A DNA stretch of 64,000 nucleotides from Eledone cirrhosa. Taxonomy: Eukaryota. This document shows positions 24,777-37,216 of the stretch, in pieces (positions within the stretch are counted from its first letter, which is position 1; every line of letters starts with the position of its first letter). The notes under the pieces are model-generated. The model saw nothing but the letters and a program-made list of their open reading frames with translations. It did not search any database and was not told the origin of the DNA. Position numbers and translations under genes: made by a program. The stretch is taken from NCBI GenBank assembly GCA_964016885.1, contig OZ024756.1:37634001-37698000 (forward strand). The letters run 5' to 3'.

Positions 24777-27080
24777 ATGTGTGTATGTGTGTGTGTATGT
24801 CTGTATGCGTGTGTGTATGTGTGTATGTGTGTGTATGTATGTGTGTGTGCATCTGCATGAGTGTTTGTGTGAATGCATGCAAGTGTGTGTCAGTGTGAGC
24901 ATGTATGTGTCAGTGTGTGTGTGTATTAGTGTGCATGTGCATGTGTGTCACTGTGTGTGTGTGCGAATGTGTCAGTGTGTATGTATGTGTCTGAGTATGT
25001 TTGTAAGTCAGTATGTATTTGGTAGTGTGTGTGTGTGAGAGGGTGAGAAAGAGAGGGTGAGAGAAAGGTTGGAAGAGACATATCCCTGAAAGAGAGGGGG
25101 AGAGAGAGGAGAGAGTAATATCTAAAAGAAAGAAGGGGAGAATGAGGAGAAAATGATATATGTGGGAGAGAGAGGGGGGGGAAGAGAGAGGAGGAGGGGG
25201 AGAGATAGAGAGAGAGAGAGGGAGCAAGATAGGAAGGAGGAAAGAAAGAGGAGATATAGAGAAAGAGAAAGGAGGAGGAGAAAGATAGAGATGTAGAAAG
25301 AGATAGAGGGAAAAGAGGAGAACAAGAGAGATGTAGAGAGAGATATAGAGAGGGGAGGAGGAGAACGAGAGAGAGATAGAGGGGGAGGAGGAGAACGAGA
25401 GGGAGAGGAGGAGAAAGAGAGAGAGAGATAGAGGGAGGGGTGTGGTATAATAATAATAAAAAAAGCAAAAGAGTTTTTTTTAAATTAAAATAGAAAAAAG
25501 ACAATAAATGATTTTCAAAAATAACAAAATCAATCGTAAACTGTACTGAAACACACAACAGATCGATAATAAAAGAAATAATTAAATATATAAAACATAT
25601 CTACACCACCACCACCACCTCACTACCACCACCACTCCACTACCACCAACACCACCACCATTATCATCATCATCACTTCCAACATTACCAACACCAACAC
25701 CACCACCAACAACAACAACAACAACACCACCACCACCAACAACAACAACAACACCACCACCACCACCACCACAGTTACCACCACTACCACCACCACCACC
25801 ACCACAGTCACCACCACCACCACCAATGCCACACTAAAGAAATTTAATGTTTTCAAAAATGTATTTATATATATTTCTTTTACTTGCATTTTTTTATAAG
25901 TTGTTTTTTTTGTAATATTTTCTTCCTGTTGTTTGTTTGTTTTTCTTCAAAAGTATAAATAAATAATAAAAATAAACAAATAAATAAATAAATAAATAAA
26001 TAATAAATAAAAATAAATAACTAAATTAAGATTTAAAATAAATAAATAAAATAAGATTTAAAATAAATTATATTTAACATGAAAATGAAAGACCCAAAAA
26101 AAAAATTTGCTGCAAGCGACCCCCACTTCCCCACCCTCACCTCTCATGGCCCCGTTCCTTTTGCAGAAAAGAAATGTTAAAGTTTGTCTGTGTGTGTGTA
26201 CATGTGTGTGTGTGTGTGTGTGTACATGTTTGTGTGTGTGTACATGTGCGTGTGTGTGTGTACATGTGTGTGTACGTTTGTGTGTGTGGGCACATGAATG
26301 TGTGTGTGTGTTTACATTTGTGTGTGTACATGAGCATGTGTGGCACATGAATGTGTGTGTGTGTGTGTGTACATGTGTGTGTACATGAGTGTGTGTGTGT
26401 TTACATGTGTGTGTACATGAACATGTGTGGGCACATGAGTGTGTGTGTGTACATGTGTGTGTGTGTGTATACATATATATGTGTATGCGTTCAGAGAGAG
26501 AGAGAGCCACTACCACCCATCTTTTTCATAAATGTTAAAGTTTGTCGTTCAGTGTTTGCATGGGAGAAGGGAAAGGGGAGGAGGGGTGGAGATGGGGGGA
26601 GAGGGGGGAGGAGAGAGTGGAGAGAAAGGGGAGAAGGAGGGAGAGAAGAGAGAGAGAGAGAAAGAGGAGAGATAGTGAGAGGGATAGAGGGGAGAGGAGA
26701 AGGAGAGATAGAGAGAGGGATAGAGGAGAAAGAGAGGAGAGAGAGAGGGGAGAGAAGAGAGAGAAAGGGGAGAGAGGAAGAGAGAGGGGGAGAGAGAAAG
26801 AGAGAGGGGGAGAGGGGAGAGAGAAAGAGGGAGAGGGAGAAAGGGGAGAGAGAGGGAGAGAGAGAAGAGAGAGGGAGAGAGAGAAGATAGAGGGAGAGAG
26901 AGAAGTGAGAGGGAGAGAGAGAGGGGGAAGAGAGGGGGGAGAAACAGAAAGAATTTGTTGAAAAATTTTTGCCCCTAAAAATCTATAATTAAACTCCATT
27001 TCTTCAAATTAAATCCAGCATTTTTATGGCTGTTTATTGTCATTATTATTATAAATAAAAATCGTCATTATTATTATTAT

Positions 27081-27270
27081 AAGGGCGGTGGATTGGCAGT
27101 ATCGGTAGAGGGTCGGACGCCATGCTTTCCAGCATAGAGTTACGGCCCTTGCCATTCTCAGTTCAAATCCCGCCAAGGTTAACTTTGCCTTTCATCCTTA
27201 CGGGGTCGATAAAATAAAGTACCAGTAATAAACTGGGATAATTGCTGGCCTTGTGCCAAAAGTAGAAACA
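27081..27270 (+). mobile_element. SINE family A
   Basis: Near-identical to 5643-5832. Confidence 0.9.
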
Positions 27271-27612
27271 GCCCCAGTACTTTTGCTGAAAGGTGGGTGA
27301 ATGTGGCGAGAATGGCCCGTGTGAGTGGCCCTACTCTGGTCATGCGGCTGTAGGTGGGTAAATTTGAGAAGGAGAGGGGGTGCCCTTCCAGGGTGCTCTC
27401 GAAGCGTCGGGTCGTTCAGGATTGGTGGGGTACCTGAGCGAACCCTGGGTGGTCATCCCCCCTTTTGGGGAATTTTTCTTCTTGTATTTTTCTTGTTACT
27501 TTGTTATTGTTATTCATATTGTTTACTCGATTTTTCTATAAACCCCCACTGTCCTCGTCTTTTGTATTGTCCCCTATATGTCGGGCCCTGTGGCCAATAG
27601 ATGAAATCATTA
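27271..27612 (+). mobile_element. Probable L1/Tx1-like LINE 3' end
   Basis: Short terminal reading frame (..FAERWVNVARMARVSGPTLVMRL*), T-rich UTR, ending GTGGCCAATAGATGAAATCATT; similar termini at 9860-9900 (+) and 39462-39500 (-). Confidence 0.45.
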
Positions 27613-27951
27613 TCACTTTTGTTACTGAGGTTAGTATTGCTGTTGTTATTATTGCTGTTGTTATTACTGTTGTTATTGCTGTTGTTGTTGTTATTGCTGA
27701 GGTTATTCTTGCTGTTGTTATTACTGTTATTACTGAGGTTATTGTTGTTGCTGTTATTACTGTTGTTGTTATTACTGAGGTTATTGTTTTTGCTGTTATT
27801 ACTGTTATTACTGAGGTTATTGTTGTTGCTGTTATTACTGCTGTTGTTATTACTGAGGTTATTGTTGTTGCTGTTATTATTACTGTTGTTATTGTTGTTA
27901 TTGTTACTGTTGTCATTATTATATTATTATTGTTCTTCTCATTATTAGTGA

Positions 27952-28005
<54 letters not shown>

Positions 28006-29136
28006 CAACAGCATCAGTGGTGGTGGAGGTGATGTGGGTGGGGTGGGGGGTGATAGTGGCAGTGGTGTGGTGTTGGTAGCACTGGTGGTGGTAGTAGCAG
28101 TGCCGGCAGTGATTGTGGCGGTGGTGGTGGTGATGGTGTGGTGGTGGTGGTGGTGGTGGTGTGGAGGGGGGCAGTGGCGGTGGTAGTGGCAGTGCCGGCG
28201 GTGATGGTGGTGGTGGTGGTAGTGGCGGTGGTGGTGGCAGTGCTGGTGGCAGTGGTGTGGTGGTGGTAGTGGCGAAGGTCTTGAGAGTGGTTACTGCAAC
28301 AATAAAGTTATGTGATTTTCTAGATTTTCTGTTATTGCAGTTGTTGTTGTTGTTATTGTTCTGTTGTTTGTTTCTATATGAAATACAGTTGGTGGTTTGA
28401 TTGGTTTTCCATTGTTTTGTTTTTTTTATCAGGTGAGGGGAAGGCGGAAGGGGGGGTCAAATTTGTTAATATTTTCTTTGACAATTATTTTTTCCCAAAA
28501 TTTAAAAATCTTTTTCTTCTATTTAATGTTTTTTTCAAATTTAACATTTTTTCCTCTATTTAAATTTTTTTTTTTTCAAATTTAAAATGTTTTCCTCTAA
28601 TTTTTTTATATTTTTTTTTTTAAATTTAAAATTTTTTCCTTTAATTTTTAGATTTTTCTTTTTTAAATTAAAAAAATTTTTATCCTCTGTTTTATTTTTC
28701 ATTTAATTTCCCTTTGGTTTATAAAATTGTCATTAAAAAATATTAATTACAATGTTACATTAATATTGATATAATAATGATATTATATAATTTCTAATCA
28801 TAATTTGAATGAATAAATAAATCACTTAATTACACACACACACACATATATAGACATAGACATACAGGCACATACCTATAGATATGTATACGTATACAAT
28901 CACACAGATGCATACATATGTACACTCACACACACACAAGCAAATGAACACATAGATACATACATATACATGCAAATATATAAATACACACATACATACA
29001 CAAATAAGTACATACATATAGGCACATATATAGCCAAGCATATACATATAGATACTTATACATACACACTCAGACAGATGTATGCACATATTTACACTCA
29101 CACACACAAGCACATAAACACATAGATACACATACA

Positions 29137-29168
<32 letters not shown>

Positions 29169-29474
29169 CATGCAAATACATAAATACAAACATACATACA
29201 CACATAAGTACAAACATACACATACACACATAAGTACAAACATATACATATACACATAAGTACATACATTACATACACACATACACAGTGATGTGAGAGT
29301 GATGAAAGACAAAGTTGACATCAGTGAGATTTGAACTCAGAACACAGAAAGCCAGACTAAACCACTGCCAGTCATACTGTCTGATCCTCTCGTGATTCTA
29401 CCAATTCACTACAGTGTATGTTTTAATCATGTAGCAGTTGGTTTGTTGTAATCTTCCATTTCAATCAATAAAGA

Positions 29475-30153
29475 TCAATCTGGTGTATTCTGGAACAATC
29501 TAGAGTCGCTTGGAGCAATCAGGAGCAATCAAGAGCAATCAAAAACAATCTGGAGTGATCTGGAGTAAGCAAGAACAATCTGGAACAATCTGGTATAATT
29601 TGGAGCAATCTAGTGTAACAAGGAACAACCTAGAGCAATAAAGAGAAATTTGAAGCAACCTGGAGAAGTCTGAATGAACCTGGTGCAATTTGAAGCAATC
29701 TAGTGTAGCCTGGTGTAATCAAGAGCAATCTGGCAATGCCTGTAGCAATCTGGAGCAATCTAGTGTAGCCTGGAGCAATCTGGTGTAGCCTGGAGCAATC
29801 TAGAGCAAGCTGGTGTAGCCTGGAGCAATCAAGAGCAATCCGGAGTCCGGAGTAATCTGGAGCAATCTAGTGTAGCCTGGAGCAATCAAGAACAATCTGG
29901 TGTAGTCTGGAGCAATCTGTTGCAATCTAGAACAATCTGGTGTAGCCTGGAGCACTTTGGAGCAACCTGAAGTAGCCTGGAGCAATCATGAGCAATCTGG
30001 TGTAGTCTGGAGTAATCAAAAGCAATCAAGAGCATTCTGGTATTATTTTAGAGTAATCTGGAGCTATCCAAAGCAATCCAAAATTATATGAAGCTATTTG
30101 GAGCAATAACAATCTGGAACAATCTGGAACAATCTGGAACAATCTGAAGCAAT
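29475..30153. repeat. Degenerate 10-bp tandem repeat
   Basis: Alternating TGGAGCAATC and TGGTGTAGCC type decamers in register. Confidence 0.88.
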
Positions 30154-31384
30154 CTTATTTCCCCTTCAATGCATTTCCAAATGTCAGTATCAGATCTTTC
30201 ACTGCTTGATACTTAAACCATTACTGCCACCACCAACAACACCACCATCACCATCATCACCACCACCACCACCACCAGCAACACCAATACCACTACGACC
30301 ACCACCACCTCCACCACAAAAACCACCGTCACCCCGACTGCCACCCCACCCACCCACCCACCCCACCACCACCTCCACCACAAACACCACCCCCGCTACC
30401 ACCACCCCAACTGCGACCCCCACCACCACCTCCACCACAAAAACCACCACCACCCCGACTGCCACCACCACCACCAACACCACCACCACCAACACCTCCA
30501 CCACCACCACCAATAAAGACACAACCCGTTAAATCTTGTTAGAAATGTCTTTGTTTACTAAAATCCACTCGTGTAATGCTTTTCTCTTTTCTTTTCTTCT
30601 TTTTTCAGTTCACTTCGTTTCCAATTAATTACAGTGCAATCATAATTAATTAACACAACCTGGCTATTTGTATGTCTTTCTGTATTTGTCTGCATCTGTT
30701 TGTCTGTTTGCCTGCATCTGTTTGTCTGTCTGTGACTGTCTGTCAGAGACTGTGACTGTCTGCCTGTCTGTCTGTGTCTATGTATGTCTGTGTGTGTGTG
30801 TGTCTGTCAGTGTGTCTGTGTGTGTCTCGGTCTCTGCATCTGTCTGTCTGTCTGTGTCTGTGTCTGTCTGCCTGTCTGTCTGTGTCTGTGTCTGTGTGTG
30901 TGTGTCTGTCTGAGTCTGTCAGTGTGTCTGTCAGTGTGTCTGTGTGTGTCTCGGTCTCTGTGTCTGTATGTCTGTCAGTGTGTATATATCTGTCAGTGTA
31001 TCTGTGTGTCTGTTCTGTGTCTCTCTGTGTCTGTGTGTGTCTCTGTGTCTGTCTGTGTGTCTGTGTGTCTGTGTCTGTCTGTATGTCTGTCTGTGCTAGT
31101 CTATCTGTCGATGTGTCCGTCTATCTGTCGATGTGTCCGTCTATCTGTAAGTATATTTTACAGAAAATACCAGAATAAAATACCATCATAAGATGCACAC
31201 AAACATCCTCTGCATCAACTTAGCTTCCTTAAGCTTTTTTTCTTTTTTTTGACAATAGGAATTTTCCCCTGAAATATAACAAGAACTAAATATTTCCCAA
31301 GGTAACATTCTAACTACTGTATTATTGTTATTTTGAACATTTAATGTTGTATTTTTCATTAATGTAGCTCTCTGAAACACTGTC

Positions 31385-31418
<34 letters not shown>

Positions 31419-31460
31419 GTGTTTCTCTGTTAAACAAATGAATACAAATAGTATATGATA

Positions 31461-31640
31461 ATTGTTTCTACTTTTGGCACAAGGCCAGCAATTACCCCAG
31501 TACATTACTGGTACTTTATTTTATCGACCCCGTAAGGATGGAAGGCAAAGTTAACCTCGGCGGGATTTGAACTCAGAATGGTAAGGGCCGTAACTCTATG
31601 CGTCAAAGAATGGTATCCGACCCTCTACCGATACTGCCAA
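31461..31640 (-). mobile_element. SINE family A
   Basis: Reverse complement of consensus. Confidence 0.88.
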
Positions 31641-31844
31641 TGAACCACAGAATGTGATGGACCTCTGCTGTGAGTACTGGAGCAGTGTGAAATGAAATGT
31701 TTTACTCAAGAACACACACAACATGCCACCTTAACCACTAGGCCACACGCCATCACACATCGTCATCATTTTACATCCAATGTTCCATGCAATATGTATA
31801 TCTGTTTATATATGTATACATATACATATATGTATGTATATATA

Positions 31845-31897
<53 letters not shown>

Positions 31898-31941
31898 GTA
31901 TATATATATGTATATATATGTATATATATGTATATATATGT

Positions 31942-34145
31942 ATCATCATCATCATCATCACCGTTTTACGTCCGTTCTTCCACGCTAGCATGGGTTAGAC
32001 GGGTTGTCCTGTTGTGGGCAGTGTCTGGTCGGCTGACCATGCCTTGCTCATACAGGAACTGATCTGGCTTGATTTCTACAGCTGGATGCCCTTCCTAACA
32101 CCAACCTCATTTACAGTGAGTGCTGGGTGCTTTTTCGTGGCGCCTACACGTCCACTTTACAGTGTGGGCTGGGTGCTTTTTTGCCGTGGCACCTCCACGA
32201 CCACCTTGCGGTGGGGGGGGGGGGGCATATTGTTTATATGCTTCAGCATGTACCCATGGGAGGTCGGGTACCCTGTATTACTGCGTGACGCCAGAAGTCA
32301 CGGTCGTGTGTCATTGACTTTGAGAGGTGTAGTTGGGTAAGGTCGGCTTTTATCACCTCATCCCAAGTCATCTTGGGTCTCCCCACTCCGCGGTTTCCAT
32401 CAACTTCTAGTGCTCTGCACCTTTTTATGCAGCTGTCATCCTTCATACGCATCACATGTCCATACCAGCGTAACCGCCTCTCCTGCACGCAGCATTTGAT
32501 TCCTCTTATGCTCAGTCTCTCTCTCAATTCATTTATGCTTTGTCGTTCACGTATATTACTGTTACACATCCATCGGAGCATGCAGGCTTCGTTTCTCTCT
32601 AATCTACGTAAGTCTTCCACCTTCAGCGCCCAGGTCTCACTACCATGCAACATCGCTGTTCGGATACACGCATCATACAGTCTGCCTTTCATTCTGAGGG
32701 AGAAGCCTTTTGCAGCTAGCAGTGGTAGTAGTTCCCTAAACTTCTTCCATCCCGTTCTTACCCTAGTTATTGTACTTTCTGAGCACCCACCTCCGTTGCT
32801 AATTCGGTCACCTAGGTAGCAGAAGCTGTCTACTGTTTCTACAGGGCCCTCCCAGAGATTGGTGGTACTTGTTTCCTGTGGCTGTTTGCTTGCTGTTTCA
32901 GCACAGCTGCTGCATGTGAATCCTACATTCTTAATTAAGCTTCCTGAGATCCCGCTACATCTCTTGTGTACCCATTGTTTGCATTTGGGGCAAAGAATGG
33001 AGTTCCTACCTACACCTTTCCTACATACTGAGCAAGGCCATTTCCCTGAGGGGATCTGGGTTCTGTTTTCTCGTCTACTTATAAGGACCTTAGTCTTTGT
33101 CATGTTGACTTTGAGGCCCTTTCTCTCTAGTCCCTGCTTCCAGGTTTGGAATTTATTCTCTAGTTCTACCATAGATTCAGCTATGAGTGCGAGGTCATCA
33201 GCATACAGGAGTTCCCATGGGCATCCGGTCTTAAACTCCTCCGTTATTGCCTGCAGGACTATGATGAACAGGAGAGGGCTAAGAACAGAGCCCTGGTGGA
33301 CCCCAACCTGTACGCTAAATTCCTCGCTATACTCATTGCCAATCCTAACTTTGCTGACTGCTCCCCTATACATGGCTTGTACCGCTTTCACAAGCCATTC
33401 ATCTACTCCTAGTTTTCTAAGAGCCCACCAGATTACTGCACGTGGAACTCTGTCAAAGGCTTTCTCAAGGTCGACAAATGCCAAGTAGAGTGGCTTACTT
33501 TTAGCTAGGTACTTTTCCTGTAATTGCCTCACAAGGAAGAGCGCATCAGTGGTGCCTTTCCCTGGAACAAACCCAAATTGCATCTCGTCTATACTCACCC
33601 GGTCCCTAATCAGCTGTGCTATAACTCTTTCTGTTACTTTCATGACCTGGTCCATCAACTTTATACCTCTATAGTTTCCTCTATCTAGTGCATCGCCTTT
33701 ACCTTTGTAGCAGTTGACAATGATGCTACTGCACCAATCTTTTGGTATGGCCCCCTCTAGTATTACCTGGTTAACGATACGTGTGGTTATAGTGTGACCT
33801 ACAGACCCAGATGCCTTCAGCATCTCGGCAGCTATACCCGATGGACCGGTTGCCTTCCCTATCTTCATATCTCTGATTGCCTTACTTACTACGCTGCCGC
33901 TGACTTGTACTGCTGGTCCCTCTATAGGGTCTACGTGGGGTAGGGTCTCTTCTTCCCATGCATTCTCCTCATTTAGTAATCTATCATAATGACTCTTCCA
34001 TGCATCTTTCTTCTCAGCACTTGTGAGGGCAAGCTCACCTTTATCATTCCGGATACACTTCTCTCCAATGACATCACAACTATCTCTGACACACTGCCTC
34101 GCAATCTTGAATACCTCCTGTTTCTGGTCCTCACGTTGTAAAACA
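31942..34145 (-). mobile_element. 5'-truncated RTE-clade LINE with 3'UTR and (GAT)n tail
   Basis: RT ORF, ~280-bp 3'UTR ending ...GGACGTAAAACGGTGATGATGAT; the 5' end abuts (TA)n; no endonuclease domain present. Confidence 0.93.
32243..34140 (-). CDS. Non-LTR reverse transcriptase (RTE clade) with inserted PHD-like Zn finger; 5'-truncated but uninterrupted frame
   Basis: Motifs GKATGPSGI, NYRGIKLM, QFGFVPGKGTTDA, FVDLEKAFDRV, GVHQGSVLSPLLF, LLYADD, FCYLG, RLRWYGHVMR, GRPKMTW. The listed N-terminal ~45 aa derive from the flanking microsatellite/foldback region. Confidence 0.95.
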
Positions 34146-34189
34146 TGCTTGAATATATGCTTGTATATATATATGTATATATATGTATA

Positions 34190-34226
<37 letters not shown>

Positions 34227-34250
34227 ATATATATATATATGTGTATATAT

Positions 34251-34435
34251 GTAACGAAGGAATTGTGGTAAGGAACCACATGGACCGTAACGCACCAGAG
34301 TACTCAATACTTAGGGTAGTAGAGTGGGTAATAGGAAAAAGAATGATCCCGGCGGCAGAGCTCAAGCCGTTTCGATGGCTATTATAGCCGTCGAAATGGC
34401 TTGAGCTCTGCCGTCGGGGTCATACTTTTTCCTAT
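34251..34435. mobile_element. Small foldback element (family 3): ~80-bp tail plus ~50-bp inverted arms, each with the 3' half of an HHR
   Basis: 34331-34381 pairs with 34385-34435; arm reads TAGCCGTC GAAA YGGC-TTGAGCTCT-GCCG TC GGGGTC; related single arm at 41642-41692. Confidence 0.7.
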
Positions 34436-34438
34436 GTG

Positions 34439-34471
<33 letters not shown>

Positions 34472-34493
34472 ATATATATTTATATATATATAC

Positions 34494-34540
<47 letters not shown>

Positions 34541-34561
34541 TAACTTGTTATCCCATATATA

Positions 34562-34750
34562 TCATCATCATCATCATTTTACGTCCGCTTTTCCCTGCTT
34601 GCAAGGATGGGACCGGAACTGATTCTGGCTTGATTTTTACAGCTGGATGCCCTTCCTAACACCAACCTCGTTTACAGTGAGTGCTGGGTGCTTTTTTGCC
34701 GTGGCACCTCCACGACCACTTTGCAGTGGAATGATAGGGACCCCAGTCCC
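34562..34750 (-). mobile_element. SINE family B 3' half
   Basis: Reverse complement of 34915-35103. Confidence 0.88.
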
Positions 34751-34763
34751 TATATATAAAATA

Positions 34764-35102
34764 ATGGAGGCACATGGCTTAGTGGTTAGAGCATTGGCCT
34801 TGCAATCGAAAGGTTGTGAGTTCAATTCTCGGACCGGGTGATGTGTTGTTTCCTTGAGCAAGACACTTTATTTCACATTGCTCCAGTTTACTCAGCTGTA
34901 GAAATGAGATGATAGGGACTGGGGTCCCTATCATTCCACTGCAAAGTGGTCGTGTAGGTGCCACGGCAACAAAGCACCCAGCACTCTCTGTAAATGAGGT
35001 TGGTGTTAGGAAGGGCATCCAGCTGTAGAAATCAATCAGAATCAGTTCCCGTCCCACTCTTGCAAGCAGGGAGAAGCAGACGTAAAATGATGATGATGAT
35101 GA

Positions 35103-35103
<1 letters not shown>
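34764..35103 (+). mobile_element. Full-length tRNA-derived SINE family B with RTE-LINE-derived tail
   Basis: A box TGGCTTAGTGG, B box GTTCAATTCTC, CCTTGAGCAAGACACTTTA core; the 3' ~170 bp is similar to the LINE 3'UTR (AAAGCACCCAGCACTC..TGTAAATGAGGTTGGTGTTAGGAAGGGCATCCAGCTGTAGAAATCAA); (GAT)n tail. Confidence 0.92.
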
Positions 35104-35138
<35 letters not shown>

Positions 35139-35493
35139 ATCATCTCCGTATATATATATATTTATATCAATCTACTTATCTAAATAGACATGTGTGAGAG
35201 GTTTCTACATAATTGACAGAGTTAAGAAGACTGCATTTGCCTCCTTCACTCTCTCTCTCACTTTCTATCTATGTATATATTTGTCTATCTCTATCTACCT
35301 ATCTCTATATCTCTCTCTCTCTCTCACTAACTGTCTGTCTATATCTATCTTTACCACACTTCTCACTCTCTCTCTCACTATCTATCAATCTATCTATCTT
35401 TGTCTATATACATATATCTCTCTCTCTTTCTCTCTCTCACTATCTATCTTCATCTCTCTCTTGCTCCCTCTCTCTCTCTCACACTATCTATCT

Positions 35494-35532
<39 letters not shown>

Positions 35533-36149
35533 TCTCTCTCACTATCTATCTATCTATCTTTATCCTCTCTCCCTCTCTCTCACTATCTGTCTATCTACCT
35601 ATCTTCACCACACTTCTCTCTCTCTCTCTCTCCCCCTCACTCTCTCTCTATCTATCTATCTTCACCACCTCCCTCTCTCTCTCTATCTCTCTATCTACTT
35701 ATCTTCACCACCTCACTCTCTCTCTCTCTCTATCTATCTATCTACCGATCTTCACCCCCCCTCTCTCTCTCTCACTATCTCTCTATCTACCACCCCACTC
35801 TCTCTCTCTATCTACCTAACTTCACCACACCCCTCACTATCTCTCTATCTACCCATCTTCACCCCTCTCTCTCTATCTACCTACCTATCTTTACCCCCCC
35901 CCCCCCCCTCTCTCTCTATCTTTATCTCAAAGCCACTCAAGAGTCAAGAATCAACAGACAACAATTCTCCCCCCCCCCCCCAAATGCTACATTAAAAGAT
36001 GGAATCAGCGTAATCCAGTTGGAAGAACTTTAACATAGTCTCACATATCGGGGGGGGGGGTAGCTTTCTTGCGGAGGGGGGGGGGGGGGGGGATCTCAGT
36101 AATACACGTGCAATCAGAGACACACAGACACATATACATACATACACAC

Positions 36150-36600
36150 ATATATGCATATACACATGCTTGTTCACAGATTCATACACATGGAATCATA
36201 GACACACAGACACACACATACAGACATATACACATGCTTGTTCACAGATTCATACACATGGAATCATAGACACACAGACACACACATACAGACATATACA
36301 CATGCTTGTTCACAGATTCATACACATGGAATCATAGACACACAGACACACACATACAGACACACACATACAGACATATACATATACACATGCTTGTTCA
36401 CAGATTCATACACATGGAATCATAGACACACAGACACACACATACAGACACACACATACAGACATATACATATACACATGCTTGTTCACAGATTCATACA
36501 CATGGAATCATACACACACAGACACACACATACAGACATATACATATACACATGCTTGTTCACAGATTCATACACATGGAATCATACACACACAGACACA
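36150..36600. repeat. Variable-length (~70-90 bp) CA-rich minisatellite
   Basis: Recurring CATGCTTGTTCACAGATTCATACACATGGAATCATA core. Confidence 0.85.
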
Positions 36601-37044
36601 TACATATACATGTATATGCATATACATATATATATGTTTGCTCACAGATACATATACATATACATACACATATATATGTTTGCTCACAGATTCGCACATA
36701 CAAACACACATATATATATATATAAATACATACACACATGCTTGCTGACAGATTTGTACACATGTAATCATACACACACAGACACACAGACATATATATA
36801 TACAGGCTTACTCACAGATTCGTACACACACACACACACATATATACATATACACATGCTTGCTCACAGATTCGTACACACACACACAGAGACATACATA
36901 TATATACATATACACACACTTGTTCACAGATATGTACACACAAACATGCACATATACACAAAGACACATACACACACATACATACATACATATAGACACA
37001 GGTGCATTCACATGCACACCCTCACACATCCATACACACACATC

Positions 37045-37117
<73 letters not shown>

Positions 37118-37216
37118 CTAAAACAAATATATTTATTTATTCATCGAGTTTTCTGTATATCTCAGTTTCCGGTTGACACTTCCATCTCAGTGTCATTCCC
37201 TGAACCATCGTCTGTC

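Noticed and set aside
33170-33205. CTGATGA on the minus strand as a hammerhead core
   Set aside because: It is the YADD coding sequence of the RT; no stem II or GAAA follows.
34141-34279. N-terminus of the 678-aa RT ORF as a real start
   Set aside because: Derived from (TA)n and the adjacent foldback element; the LINE is 5'-truncated and lacks its endonuclease.
34764-34835. Functional tRNA genes at SINE heads
   Set aside because: A and B boxes are present but they continue into SINE bodies and do not form a clean cloverleaf.
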